A model generated the notes under the pieces. The model worked only from the letters and a program-made list of their open reading frames with translations. It searched no databases and was not told the DNA's origin. From IMG/VR virus record IMGVR_UViG_3300035183_000733, positions 62,001 through 126,000 of that record: a stretch of DNA of 64,000 nucleotides, one strand, 5' to 3'. This document shows, in pieces, positions 10,684-20,876 of the stretch. Every line of letters begins with the position of its first letter. Within the stretch, counting starts at the first letter, position 1. The translations under genes were made by a program, and so were the position numbers.

Positions 10684-12222
10684 TTATAGTCCGAGGCTGT
10701 TTATTATCATAGCGAGTATACCAGCATCAAATCCGCTGAAACCAGAGGCGCCGGAGAACCCGCTCACGCCGGAGAACCCGCTCACGCCGGAGAACCCTGA
10801 GGCGCCGAAGTATCCGCTGAAACCAGAGGTGCCCGATAAACCGCTCGTCCCACTCTCTCCCGAGAAACCGCTCGTCCCACTCTCTCCCGAGAATCCTGAG
10901 GCTCCGCTGAATCCTGAGACTCCTGAGTAACCGCTCAAACCAGAGGTGCCCGAGAAACCAGAGGCGCCCGAGAAACCGCTCACCCCGCTGAAACCCGAAA
11001 ATCCAGAGGCTCCAACGAAAGACACCGGCGAGTGAACGTGTGTAGCGTTTGTAAACCCTTCAACGTATAGACTCACCGTTATATTAGACACAGAAGTGGT
11101 CTTAGCATAATACTTGACGAGTATCCTATCCGTGAGGTCGAGGTCGAACTCGCCCTGTAATATCTCTTTAGAATAGAGTGCTACGACCGCGCCGTTTATC
11201 TCGGCAGTCTCAGCACTGAATAAAGGTGTCTCCGTTCCGACGAAATCCCTCTTGTACACGCGTATAACTATTCGCGTGTCTCCAACTGGGTTGTCGACCG
11301 AAGAGTAAGTATCGAATATCCACGAACCACCAGATATGTAAAGCTGGTCTGGGTTAGACGGTAAGGTCAAGAATTGCTGGATAAGAACCTCGCCTGTCGT
11401 ATTATTACACACCGCGGTGAATGAACTCTCTGGATCTATAGAATCGGGATTGATATTCAATTGCCTGAAACCAACTATATCAGAGGCATCGTTCCTCAGG
11501 TAGTATAATGCACCACCGGCTACACCATTGACGCCGGAAAATCCGGAAGCGCCGTCAACACCAGAAAATCCAGAAAATCCAGAGACTCCGGACATACCAT
11601 CCTGTCCATAGTAACCTGATGAACCTGATATTCCGCTGAACCCGGACGTCCCGCTCGCTCCGCTCACACCCGATATGCCACTTGCGCCGGACTCACCAGA
11701 GAAACCCGACGTACCGGAGAATCCTGATACTCCGCTGAATCCGCTCACACCACTGAACCCTGATACGCCCGATGATCCACTCGTGCCGCTTAGACCAGAT
11801 GTGCCGGAAAACCCACTCGTTCCGGAAGTACCGCTGAATCCAGACGTGCCGGAGAATCCTGATACTCCGCTGAATCCGCTCACACCGCTGAACCCTGATA
11901 CGCCCGAGAAACCACTCACGCCCGAAGTACCACTCAATCCGGACGTTCCGGAAATACCGGAAGTGCCGGAGAACCCGGAGGTTCCACTGAATCCTGAAGT
12001 TCCACTCGCGCCGACAAAACTGCCGCTATCGAGCCACTTGACCCCGTCGCCAGTGGTCATAAGTATTTGGCCGGATATACCGGACGAGCCGTCGCCGTCG
12101 ACGAGCGTCGAATTAAGCGCCAGAGGTCCGGACATTGCATCACCCGCCTTGTTCAACTTTGAATCAAGATCGGCCTGCAGTCCATCTATCTGTCGAATGG
12201 GTATTTGACTTTTTGGTGTCAT
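10684..12222 (-). CDS. Collagen-like (Ser-Gly-X) fibre protein
   Basis: [21 protein letters not shown] tail-fibre motif; two SGX tracts flanking a globular domain. Confidence 0.8.
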   Translation of the reverse strand: MTPKSQIPIRQIDGLQADLDSKLNKAGDAMSGPLALNSTLVDGDGSSGISGQILMTTGDGVKWLDSGSFVGASGTSGFSGTSGFSGTSGISGTSGLSGTSGVSGFSGVSGFSGVSGFSGVSGFSGTSGFSGTSGTSGFSGTSGLSGTSGSSGVSGFSGVSGFSGVSGFSGTSGFSGESGASGISGVSGASGTSGFSGISGSSGYYGQDGMSGVSGFSGFSGVDGASGFSGVNGVAGGALYYLRNDASDIVGFRQLNINPDSIDPESSFTAVCNNTTGEVLIQQFLTLPSNPDQLYISGGSWIFDTYSSVDNPVGDTRIVIRVYKRDFVGTETPLFSAETAEINGAVVALYSKEILQGEFDLDLTDRILVKYYAKTTSVSNITVSLYVEGFTNATHVHSPVSFVGASGFSGFSGVSGFSGASGFSGTSGLSGYSGVSGFSGASGFSGESGTSGFSGESGTSGLSGTSGFSGYFGASGFSGVSGFSGVSGFSGASGFSGFDAGILAMIINSLGL

Positions 12223-12258
12223 TAAAATATCGTTGCATTCGAAACCTTTCGGCTCTTT

Positions 12259-12300
12259 TTATATATCTAAAACATAACGCTTCAGACAGGCGATATATAC
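12259..12300. promoter_or_regulatory. Divergent putative late promoters (GATATATA)
   Basis: GATATATAA on - (12259-12267) and GATATATAC on + (12292-12300), each ~20-40 bp upstream of a start codon. Confidence 0.6.
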
Positions 12301-12322
12301 TAAAACCAATAATCAGGAACGC

Positions 12323-13036
12323 ATGCTGAAAGTTCTCACACCTACGTGGTTTTTGAAACCTCCATTCGACTTCGAACACAAGCAATACGTCCTGCTCGCC
12401 TACATACGGGACGCCAATAAGGCATTCGAGACCAACAAGCTCGAACCGTACTTCGACGACGTAAGGGCGCAGCTAAAGAATATGGAGTGCTACAGCTCGA
12501 TCCGAGGACTCCTGAAAAGGGAGGGCGACGAGTTCACCGAGGAGGATCTGAAGACCATAGATTACGTGTCCATGCTGCCGGATAACCACCCAGATCGGAT
12601 GGAGGTCGACAAGATAGTAAAGTGGTCGGTGCTGCAACTAAAGGACCTGCAGAGGCACGGATCAGACGTCTGGAAGCACATAGAGAACTGCCTGGCGATG
12701 TCGTTCATCGGCAACAAACCAAAGAAGGTGAGGGGTGGGTACATGTTCATACGGTACCCCGGCTCCTGGATAGTGGAGACGTACAAGTTTTGGGTGGATA
12801 AGGACCAAGTGAAGTCGGAGCTCATAGGGTTCGACGAGAACGAGTCGCCCAAGTACTCAGACGTCATGGCTAAGTACTCAGGCGTGCACGAGGACTACGC
12901 ATACATATCGGTTGAGCCCACCAAACCATTTGACACAAAAGACGGGCTGCTACCTGTGGTACACCAGGTGATCAAGTCCAAAGTAATAACCAAGACGTCT
13001 TCTTCAAAGGAGGACAGCGAGAAGTGGAGAATGTAA
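12323..13036 (+). CDS. Hypothetical protein
   Basis: 237-aa ORF with phage codon usage, flanked by a promoter motif and a terminator. Confidence 0.8.
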   Translation: MLKVLTPTWFLKPPFDFEHKQYVLLAYIRDANKAFETNKLEPYFDDVRAQLKNMECYSSIRGLLKREGDEFTEEDLKTIDYVSMLPDNHPDRMEVDKIVKWSVLQLKDLQRHGSDVWKHIENCLAMSFIGNKPKKVRGGYMFIRYPGSWIVETYKFWVDKDQVKSELIGFDENESPKYSDVMAKYSGVHEDYAYISVEPTKPFDTKDGLLPVVHQVIKSKVITKTSSSKEDSEKWRM

Positions 13037-13060
13037 AAAGCCGGCTAAAAACCGGCTTTT
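13036..13060. terminator. Bidirectional terminator
   Basis: AAAAGCCGG-CTAAAAA-CCGGCTTTT between convergent genes. Confidence 0.8.
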
Positions 13061-13063
13061 AAA

Positions 13064-14017
13064 TTATTCTTGCTCCAGACCCGCAGGGTTATCCTTGCCG
13101 TATTCGTCCTTCAGTCCCGACCAGTAGTCGTCCCACTTTCTCGTGTAGTAGTCGTCCTTGTCCTTCATGAAGTTGATGAACTCATCGTTCACGTACTTTT
13201 CTTTTTCCTTCTTGAAATCGTCAATGGTGATCTCGAGGTCGTTGTTGTCTATGTACTCCTGTATCTCCTCATCAACCTCATCCGCATCTATATCGTTCTC
13301 GAGAAGCTCATCCTTTATGTAAGCGTCGAAGTTCTCATTGACCATGTCAAACACATTGGTGTAGAACTCTACGAAAGTGGCCGTGGCCGTGAGCTGTGGC
13401 TTGACGTCATCTATCAATTTAGCAACCTGAGAATCAAAGTTCAACTCGAACTCCTCCGCACGCCCGCTGCCGGATGACAGCGTGATCGAGTCGTAGTGAC
13501 CGTTATTGTACCTGGCAGCATCGCTGCCGATGATGAGATCACCCTTCTCGAACTCGCCGCGTATGTAACCGGCGAAGTGCACCTCCCTGTAGTTATTGAA
13601 ACTTATATTGAACGTTACGTTGAGTACGAGCTCCGGTTGCGCTATGAACAGGTCGCCCAGTTTCTTCACGTCTTCTCTCGCCGCTTCTTCTATACCGAGA
13701 TCGTCGAACAGTCCACTGTAGTCCGAGACGGACCCTATAGGTATCTGCCTTATCTTATTCTCGAGCTTGTCCAGCTTGAGGTCGAGTCCGCTCTTGAGCA
13801 TCCAGGTGCCGACTTCGTCCATGCCGTCGTCGTATCCCTCCGCGTCGAACGTGTCCGCCATCTCAATTTTCTTGCTGACCTCTGTGAGTCCTGATGCGGA
13901 CAGCTCGAGAATTAGATTGACGTCGACATCCGTCCTGAAGTCGATGCCCGCCCCTCCGCCCTCGTTGAGACGGTAACTCTCGTTTACAAATTCGTTGAAT
14001 CCGAATATCCTTTTCAT
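13064..14017 (-). CDS. Acidic hypothetical protein with capsid-targeting-like leader
   Basis: Likely start MKRIFGFNEFVNESYRLNEG after an A-rich leader. Confidence 0.75.
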   Translation of the reverse strand: MKRIFGFNEFVNESYRLNEGGGAGIDFRTDVDVNLILELSASGLTEVSKKIEMADTFDAEGYDDGMDEVGTWMLKSGLDLKLDKLENKIRQIPIGSVSDYSGLFDDLGIEEAAREDVKKLGDLFIAQPELVLNVTFNISFNNYREVHFAGYIRGEFEKGDLIIGSDAARYNNGHYDSITLSSGSGRAEEFELNFDSQVAKLIDDVKPQLTATATFVEFYTNVFDMVNENFDAYIKDELLENDIDADEVDEEIQEYIDNNDLEITIDDFKKEKEKYVNDEFINFMKDKDDYYTRKWDDYWSGLKDEYGKDNPAGLEQE

Positions 14018-14034
14018 TTTTTGTCTTGTTTTTT

Positions 14035-14487
14035 TTATCGGCCGATGCCCTTCTTTAATTTTTTGTAGTCTTGTAGTAGCTTGTACGATATTAGCGCTGG
14101 GGCGAATACGCCGAAAAATCCACCAGCCGCCCAAGTTATCCAATCGGACTTGTCGCCGGTTATGAACGAGCCGAGGCCTATTGCCGCATTTAGGAACAGA
14201 CCTATTAGGTATGACAACCTCATGTAAATAAGCCACGGCCAGAACTCGTATCCGCCGGTATAGTCCTTCTGAACATCCACTGCGTAATCAATCTCTTCCT
14301 TGGTCCTCTTCTTGAAATTCATGGCACTATTCTTTTTCTTCAGGAGCTTCTCGACGTACCGTACCGATTCGACTGGTCCTATTATAGCGTCGGCCTTCAT
14401 TATCCAGTTCAGTGTAGACTTCGGCTCCTGTTTGTATCTCTCCTTCATCTCCTTGACGTCGGGTAGAATAATCTTGTTGAATCCCAT
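14035..14487 (-). CDS. Hypothetical membrane protein
   Basis: 150-aa ORF with two hydrophobic segments in the C-half; may be two fused small ORFs. Confidence 0.6.
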   Translation of the reverse strand: MGFNKIILPDVKEMKERYKQEPKSTLNWIMKADAIIGPVESVRYVEKLLKKKNSAMNFKKRTKEEIDYAVDVQKDYTGGYEFWPWLIYMRLSYLIGLFLNAAIGLGSFITGDKSDWITWAAGGFFGVFAPALISYKLLQDYKKLKKGIGR

Positions 14488-14490
14488 TCT

Positions 14491-15567
14491 TTATTTTTTG
14501 TAAACTGAGCTGGAGTCGTCCTTGATCTTCATCATTATCTCCGTGCACACGACCGTCATGGCGAGCGCCTCAATTAAAGTTAGTATCTCTTTGTTCATAG
14601 GCAAGAACTTGAGCACACCTTCGGACTTCAGGATCTGGTCCTTCATGTCGCCTGGTATCGTATTGTTCCTGTACTTAACAACCTCCTCCATTACTATGGG
14701 GAGCATTGCGTATTTCTTCGTGGATGGCCCGCCTGCGTCGGCAGTGTACTTGATGTACGCCTCGGCGAATTTCTCTGGTGTGGTGCCGTCAAAACTCCTG
14801 ACAGCACTTATGGATTTAAACGGCTCGGCGTCCTTCAGCTGGTCGGTTATGTCGTCCATGAACGCCCACAGAGCCTGGTTGTCCTCATTAAGCTTCGTAG
14901 GACTGAACTTCATTAGGGAAGTGTGAATATCTGCCGAAACCTCAAGTGACTCCTTCATAATAGCCTTTGAGTAGTTTTGAAGCAGTGCCTTGGACACAAG
15001 TCCTGGAAATACTTTTAGCCAGAACATGCTGACCTCCTTAAGTGCGGCGAGTTCTGCCGCTATGTTGTCGTTGAGATCGGTTCCCTCCTTGCGTAGTTGC
15101 TTTATGCGAGCGAACGCATCGGTCTTGGCCGGGTCGAGCTTTGTCTTGTAGAATCCGAGCGCGCGATCCCACGCTCTGAGAACAAGATCTGCAAGGTATT
15201 TGGAGAATGCACTTGCACTCTTCATTACCTTCTCGAGTTTGTCGATAGTTTCCTCCTTCACCTCAACTCCGTCCTCCTTCAACTTAGGGAGTACTTCGCG
15301 CATCCGGGTGAGGATGCTCTCGTTCAGCGCTTTGTTGTCGAGGCCGGCGGCCTTCATTGCGCTGTATATTCCCTTCTTGTCCGCCTCACTAAAGTACGAC
15401 GACTCCATCACGCCTTTCCAGACGAGTTTCTTCATCTTATCTTCTAATTTATTCATGGTCTGGTTGTTCTCGTGCACGGTTCTCACGGGTTGTACGGCGA
15501 CAGGAGAAACCTCTTCCGGCTTCTTCCTGTCGTTATTGAAATCGTCAAATTTTAGGAGTCTACTCAT
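14491..15567 (-). CDS. Hypothetical helical protein with capsid-targeting-like leader
   Basis: MSRLLKFDDFNN; internal VME-S, LNE-S, LNE-D sites. Confidence 0.75.
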   Translation of the reverse strand: MSRLLKFDDFNNDRKKPEEVSPVAVQPVRTVHENNQTMNKLEDKMKKLVWKGVMESSYFSEADKKGIYSAMKAAGLDNKALNESILTRMREVLPKLKEDGVEVKEETIDKLEKVMKSASAFSKYLADLVLRAWDRALGFYKTKLDPAKTDAFARIKQLRKEGTDLNDNIAAELAALKEVSMFWLKVFPGLVSKALLQNYSKAIMKESLEVSADIHTSLMKFSPTKLNEDNQALWAFMDDITDQLKDAEPFKSISAVRSFDGTTPEKFAEAYIKYTADAGGPSTKKYAMLPIVMEEVVKYRNNTIPGDMKDQILKSEGVLKFLPMNKEILTLIEALAMTVVCTEIMMKIKDDSSSVYKK

Positions 15568-15976
15568 TACTTCTCTGTTTCTTCGTCCTATCCTCAGGCT
15601 TCACCGACTCGTCGATGTCCGAACCAACGATAGTGGCCGTGTTAACTATAACTTCGTTTGGCGTAGCGCCCTTACCGAGACCCTTACCCTGTGTGATGAC
15701 CTCGACCCTGTTGTTCTTGGTCTGGTCGAACAGATGCACGCGGTTGGCGTTCATGCGGTCGTTAACGTTGGCTTCCTGCGCATTGTGCGGAATACCAAAA
15801 GCCTTGTAGGGGTTAGCGTCATTCCTGACATAAGACCCCTCGGCCTTTATCTTGTGGGTTCCGGGGTGAGCGTCCTCGCCGTTCTTCAGCATGACGGTTT
15901 TCCTCGCCTGGTCGTATGCTTCGACAAACTCGTCGAATGACCACACGTCCCTTTTCTTGATGTTCTTCTGATCCAT
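15560..15976 (-). CDS. Hypothetical protein with leader-like WSFDEFVE motif
   Basis: ORF preceded by GATATATATAA (16001-16011). Confidence 0.7.
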   Translation of the reverse strand: MDQKNIKKRDVWSFDEFVEAYDQARKTVMLKNGEDAHPGTHKIKAEGSYVRNDANPYKAFGIPHNAQEANVNDRMNANRVHLFDQTKNNRVEVITQGKGLGKGATPNEVIVNTATIVGSDIDESVKPEDRTKKQRSNE

Positions 15977-16086
15977 TTACAAATGGGGTTCTTTTACTTT
16001 TTATATATATCCAGTCATTTAGTTTCGTTCTGAGCTTTTATCCGAGGGGGCTTCCAAATGTCAAGTATTTTCGCTTTCTTTACAGC

Positions 16087-16662
16087 ATGAATGAAGCAAG
16101 TAAAATAATCATCGTGGAGGGGGCCAAAAACGTAGGAAAGACCTACCTAATGGAAACCTCGGGCATCCCGAGCTACAAATTTCCCTTCGCCGGTTACTTC
16201 AACACGTTCCTCAAGGACAACACGGACAGCATGGGCACCGGGGACAAAACAACCTATCATTTCACCACATCGTTCGACGTGACAATCATGTCGATGGCCA
16301 AGCAGGGTCTCATCTGGGGACCGAGACTGCTCGTGGACCGAGGGTTCCTGTCTAATATCGTGCTGGGTGTCGTCCAAAAAAGGATAACCGACGAGGATGC
16401 GTACGCATACATGGACTTCCTGCGCAGAGAGGGATATATTGGCAGCAACGTCAGAGTCTTGTACATCAAGCGTGGAAATTCACCTGGCGGGCGTGATATG
16501 CCGAAAGACCAGTGGGAATACCTGACGTACGAGGACGTTCACAACAAATACTTGTTGTACATTGAATACCTGAGGGAGAAGTTTAGCTTTGATGTCGAGA
16601 TATTCGAGAACACTTTTGACGGCGAGGCCGTCGTAAAATTCGCAGAGCTATGTCTAAAATAA
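16087..16662 (+). CDS. Nucleoside monophosphate kinase (thymidylate-kinase-like)
   Basis: IIIVEGAKNVGKT P-loop and LLVDRGFLS (DR motif). Confidence 0.7.
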   Translation: MNEASKIIIVEGAKNVGKTYLMETSGIPSYKFPFAGYFNTFLKDNTDSMGTGDKTTYHFTTSFDVTIMSMAKQGLIWGPRLLVDRGFLSNIVLGVVQKRITDEDAYAYMDFLRREGYIGSNVRVLYIKRGNSPGGRDMPKDQWEYLTYEDVHNKYLLYIEYLREKFSFDVEIFENTFDGEAVVKFAELCLK

Positions 16663-16691
16663 GAAAACCGGCTTCTGGCCGGTCTCCTCAC

Positions 16692-17000
16692 TCACACGAA
16701 CGGGTTTCGCCCGTCCGCAATCTTGTACCAAGTCTTACCGCCGGATTCACGAGTCTTCTCAAAGGTCCCGTCCGACAGCATCTCGTTTATGTGCTTCTCG
16801 TGCTTGGTTCCCTTCCAGCTTGCAACGCCGGCAGCGTCACACCATATCCCGTTGAACGTCTGCTCTGAGAACTCTTGCGCCTTCATGTTCTTGAGAACAT
16901 AGACGTAGAGTTCATACATCACATCCATCTTGGTCGGGTAACCCCGACGAGTCTTCCACATTCCGAGTAGGTACTTGAATGGTACTTTGTCAGTATTCAT
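16692..17000 (-). CDS. Hypothetical protein
   Basis: 102-aa ORF whose start overlaps the uvsX stop. Confidence 0.7.
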   Translation of the reverse strand: MNTDKVPFKYLLGMWKTRRGYPTKMDVMYELYVYVLKNMKAQEFSEQTFNGIWCDAAGVASWKGTKHEKHINEMLSDGTFEKTRESGGKTWYKIADGRNPFV

Positions 17001-18277
17001 TACTCAGTGTCGATTTGTTTGTCAAACTCCGTTAGGTCCTCACTGTCAACGTGGTCTGGGAACTTGAACTCGTTCTGAATTACGTTCTCGTCGAGCTGTT
17101 TGATCACCTCATGAGTGAATACGAGCTTGTTGAACAGCTGGCTACCGCTTGATAGCGATTTGCCGAGGTGCTTCACACACCAGCGCCCTGTGTCCTTTTG
17201 CACGAACACGAGCTCCTCCGTGATAGTCTTCTTGATCTCCCCGGTCTCCTTGTCTACGTCGTCGTACGTGTATGTGAACGGATGGCCGTTCTTTACGCCT
17301 TCCTTCTCCGCCTCCTTCTTAGTGTAGATCTTGCCCCTGTCGATTCCGCACGCCTCCCAGTTCACGTACTCCTCAAGTCCAACATAAGGGTTCATACCGC
17401 CAACGAAACTGACGTGCATGCTTATGTTCTTCGGGATCACGTTCCTGCTCTTGCGCGGACGGACGTTAAGGATTACTCCGGTCTTAACCTTGTCCACTCC
17501 CTCGGTCTCGAACTTCTTAGACATAAATAGGAGCGAAGACATTGCGAATATCGGACCATCGCCACCGGCAGACTCTTTAGTAGGGCCTGTGTAAGAACCG
17601 ATACCACCTATGGTCGTGTGGTTGGTGCAAATCAATGGGATCTTGTTAGCGGCGAGGTCGAGCGTTATGGCGCGGAACATCGCGCGGAGCTGCTTGGCTT
17701 TGAGACCCATATCCATCGCGGTCTTGCCTTCGAGCGCGTCGTTAATCTCCTTCTCAGTGCTCAACATACCGAGAGAGTCGAGGAACAGCGCGATCTTCGG
17801 GTTGTGGCCGGCCTCGCGAGCCTCCTGTACACCCTTGATCACCTGCATGGTGAATATCTTGAACTCGTTAACGGTCTTGATAGGCTGGTACCTCATGCGC
17901 ATCGTGTCGATGCCGAACTTCTTAACAGTCACGCGATCAACAGCAGCCTCCGTCTCGCAGTAGATGCAATCGTAGTTTGCTTTCTGAAACTCACGAACGA
18001 AGTTCAAGCACAAGTAGGTCTTGCCCGTCTCGGGATCCCCAACAAGACCGAGACTCCTGCTGTTCGGTATACCGCCGAGCAGCGAGCCCGACAGAACCGC
18101 ATTGAGTAGGTAGTTGCCCGTGTTTATGTACTCAGAAACCTCCGAAAAGGTGTTGTGCTCTATGACCGAACCAAGCTCGAAACCTGGTATCTTACTGAGC
18201 TTCTTGTCAAAATCGAGGAAAGAAAATCCTCCACCTGAATTTGCCGCCGAAGCAGCTTCTGTTTTCTTCTTAGCCAT
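17000..18277 (-). CDS. uvsX: RecA-like recombinase (T4 UvsX type)
   Basis: NTGNYLLNAVLSGS, GDPETGKT, LFLDSLGML, DMG.KA, CTNH, GG.G. Confidence 0.9.
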   Translation of the reverse strand: MAKKKTEAASAANSGGGFSFLDFDKKLSKIPGFELGSVIEHNTFSEVSEYINTGNYLLNAVLSGSLLGGIPNSRSLGLVGDPETGKTYLCLNFVREFQKANYDCIYCETEAAVDRVTVKKFGIDTMRMRYQPIKTVNEFKIFTMQVIKGVQEAREAGHNPKIALFLDSLGMLSTEKEINDALEGKTAMDMGLKAKQLRAMFRAITLDLAANKIPLICTNHTTIGGIGSYTGPTKESAGGDGPIFAMSSLLFMSKKFETEGVDKVKTGVILNVRPRKSRNVIPKNISMHVSFVGGMNPYVGLEEYVNWEACGIDRGKIYTKKEAEKEGVKNGHPFTYTYDDVDKETGEIKKTITEELVFVQKDTGRWCVKHLGKSLSSGSQLFNKLVFTHEVIKQLDENVIQNEFKFPDHVDSEDLTEFDKQIDTE

Positions 18278-18296
18278 CTTTGATAAACTTTGATTC

Positions 18297-18908
18297 TTAT
18301 TTATTTGTGCTTGGGTTGTCTTTCTTTATTATTACGTGTCCTTGCTGCTTTGTTTCGGCAGGTTTATCGCCTTTAAAATCAAGGAAGAACTCGATAGATT
18401 GCGGGGCACTCATCGGCTGCACAGGCACGATGTCGAGCCCTATGGTTTGCGCCTGGACGCGCCTGGACGCGCCTGACCATTGCAGCTTCACCTTGCGTGG
18501 GAATACCTGGCGCCATGCCTTCATGAACCGCAACACGTACTTGTTGGTGTACCACGAGTTGTTAACGTGAAGAACGAACGCGCCCCAGTTTGTCTTCGGC
18601 ACCGGAACGTACTCGGTGTTGGTGCTGAATATGCCCCACGAGCTGTCAAAAATCTTTACGACCATCCTCGTCCAAGTGCTGTCGTCCTGGTTCCACCTGT
18701 AAATCCTCGCGGACTTGCACATTTCGACGAACACGTGTTCCCTGTACTTGTACTCCCAGCGCTTGCCGGTTTTAGTCACGTACACGAAGTTGTCAGAATC
18801 CGCGTCTGCGTCCAGTGTCATAGGATTACTCGTCATCGGGCAATACAGACCTGTCGGCAGTATTACTCTGCGGTGGAACTTTAGGTATTTCTCTGCGATG
18901 TTGCTCAT
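18297..18908 (-). CDS. Hypothetical protein carrying a capsid-protein-like motif
   Basis: C-terminal VQAQTIGLDIVPVQPMSAP..FFLDF matches the MCP segment VAAKTVGFDIVPVIPMPGP..TYLDY. Confidence 0.7.
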   Translation of the reverse strand: MSNIAEKYLKFHRRVILPTGLYCPMTSNPMTLDADADSDNFVYVTKTGKRWEYKYREHVFVEMCKSARIYRWNQDDSTWTRMVVKIFDSSWGIFSTNTEYVPVPKTNWGAFVLHVNNSWYTNKYVLRFMKAWRQVFPRKVKLQWSGASRRVQAQTIGLDIVPVQPMSAPQSIEFFLDFKGDKPAETKQQGHVIIKKDNPSTNK

Positions 18909-20146
18909 GCGAATGGGTCGTAATCATTTAGGTTGTCCTCCGACTTATCGTCATCCGACTTCTTCAAGTCGGTGACGTCCGTCAAACGCTGAAGTCCAAC
19001 CGGTATCTCGGTGTGTCCCATGGCCACCATGATCCTATTTATCGGGTCAAGAATAGTTTTAGAGAACTGCTCGTCGTAATCTATGGCAGGCGCGAACTCG
19101 TACGGATACATACCCGGTATGTAAGCGAACACGTTCTCCTCCGCGTTCTTGTGCTTGGTTTTTGCGTAGTAGAACTTGACCTTGTCGCCAGCCCTGATGA
19201 GCTGGTACTTAGACTTGTACTTGGACTGATTAAGGGTGAAGTTGTAGTAACCAGAAGCGCGGACGTGAATAGGTGTCTGCTTGCCAGTCTCGAATGCAGT
19301 TGTGTCATTCAGGATGTACTTCCCGTAGTCGTTGATGCTCCGGCCCATCGAGATCTTCTCAGGGTCCGCCATCTTGAACTCCTCCTTTATTTTTCGGAGA
19401 ATCGTCACCATCTCGTTCTTGTTCAAAGACTTCTTCTTAGTGAACACATATTTCACCAGCTCCTTGAGCTTCTCGCGAGCGAACGCCGGTGTCGAACTCT
19501 GCGCCAACTCAACTCCCTTAAATATAATGTGAGACAGAGACTCCATGGCTATGCCGGACTCCCACACCTCGTTTATCAGGTATTTCTTCTTAGCGAGCCA
19601 TATACCGGACTCGGAGATGTTTTCAAGCTCAAAGTCCATGTGGTTCTTGGTGTTCCACTTCTCAGCGTACTTATCGAAGCACTTGTTGAGATAGGAGGCG
19701 AGCCTGTGCTCGTTGATTTCGAGTATGAGTTGCTTTGGGTCCCCGGTCCAATTACACGACTCCACAACCTCCTCAAACGACACGTAGCAAGAATCCGTAT
19801 CCGAATAGATGTTCACTGGGCGCTTCACCTGCCTAACCTCGTAGTCTATGCCAAGCTTCGCGTGAAGCTCCGTATCCTTATGCCAAAATTCGTTGAAGTA
19901 CTGGTTGAGCCTCTCCTCAGCGTACTTGATGAGGTTTTGACCCTGCAACGTGATGGTCTCCGCAACCTCAGGGTTGAAGCACACCAGCCACTTGTTACCG
20001 AGCGCCCCGTATATGGAGTTGATGGTTAGCTTGATGGCCTGTTCCTCGTTTTTCCATTCGTTGGAGAGCTGCTTCATGCGCTCTATCTCCGCCTTGATTT
20101 CTTCTACGGTGGCGGTGGAAGGATCTATAGTAGTGTATGTAAACAT
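18905..20146 (-). CDS. Family B DNA polymerase, C-terminal subunit (gp43B-like)
   Basis: KLTINSIYG (motif B), YSDTDS (motif C), KKKY, KGVELAQSSTP; no exonuclease or motif A. Confidence 0.92.
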   Translation of the reverse strand: MFTYTTIDPSTATVEEIKAEIERMKQLSNEWKNEEQAIKLTINSIYGALGNKWLVCFNPEVAETITLQGQNLIKYAEERLNQYFNEFWHKDTELHAKLGIDYEVRQVKRPVNIYSDTDSCYVSFEEVVESCNWTGDPKQLILEINEHRLASYLNKCFDKYAEKWNTKNHMDFELENISESGIWLAKKKYLINEVWESGIAMESLSHIIFKGVELAQSSTPAFAREKLKELVKYVFTKKKSLNKNEMVTILRKIKEEFKMADPEKISMGRSINDYGKYILNDTTAFETGKQTPIHVRASGYYNFTLNQSKYKSKYQLIRAGDKVKFYYAKTKHKNAEENVFAYIPGMYPYEFAPAIDYDEQFSKTILDPINRIMVAMGHTEIPVGLQRLTDVTDLKKSDDDKSEDNLNDYDPFA

Positions 20147-20184
20147 CGAGAATATTTTGTTAATTTTATGGTGTTCAAATTGAT

Positions 20185-20592
20185 TTGTTTCTCGTGGATT
20201 TCCAACCAACAGAAGATGAAAACTATCTTACGCACCGGATGACGTCAGGTCGCGTTGAGATAGGTGTGTACCGCGTAATTTTCGGGTACAGGGTCAGAGC
20301 CGGCTACGTCGGCTCAGGGTTTTACCACATAGACTACTGTTGCGGGGCAGACCAAGATTGGATTAGACGGGTGTATGCTGCCGTGCTTACCGTGCTTACT
20401 GCACGCGAAGAGCAAGATGCCTTCAAGGGGTTCCCGTCACAGACATACAAGCCAATGTCAGAGGATTATGTCTGTTTCGTAAGCCTGTGCCAAATGATGA
20501 AGGGCGTCCCACCGGTGAAAGTCGAAATTAACGTCCCGCCTGTGGATAAGAACAAAATATTCAGCATTGAGTCGATGTTCAATGTTCAATGA
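20185..20592 (+). CDS. Hypothetical protein
   Basis: 135-aa ORF; start uncertain (TTG 20185 or GTG 20194). Confidence 0.55.
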   Translation: MFLVDFQPTEDENYLTHRMTSGRVEIGVYRVIFGYRVRAGYVGSGFYHIDYCCGADQDWIRRVYAAVLTVLTAREEQDAFKGFPSQTYKPMSEDYVCFVSLCQMMKGVPPVKVEINVPPVDKNKIFSIESMFNVQ

Positions 20593-20720
20593 ATAAATCG
20601 GTGAAGATACAGATACTCGAGTATTTGGGGCATTTCATGTTGTGTTGTGGACACAGACTTGTCCGGTGGAGAAGAAGACACTAAATATAGTGAAACAAAA
20701 GTTAGGTGTGTAAACGTATC

Positions 20721-20875
20721 AGACGAGCCTTAAGGTATCCTAAGTGAGGTGTCCGTTGGACTGCGGCTAAGCGTAGCTAAAATATCTTAGATTTCCGGGA
20801 ATCTGAGACTATTTTCTTACGTTCGAAAATGGAAAATGTATAAATTAAGAAGCCGACAAATAAGTCGGCTTTTTC
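20721..20875 (+). ncRNA. Candidate structured small RNA ending in a terminator
   Basis: Non-coding stretch with successive hairpins (10-bp stem with G-U pairs at 20785-20808) and an AAGCCGAC/GTCGGCTT-TTT terminator. Confidence 0.35.
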
Positions 20876-20876
20876 T

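Noticed and set aside
3400-12010. 9/18/27-bp DNA repeats as non-coding arrays, and Pro-rich antisense ORFs (e.g. 11675-12208)
   Set aside because: Explained by SGX protein repeats on the - strand; the antisense ORFs are shadows
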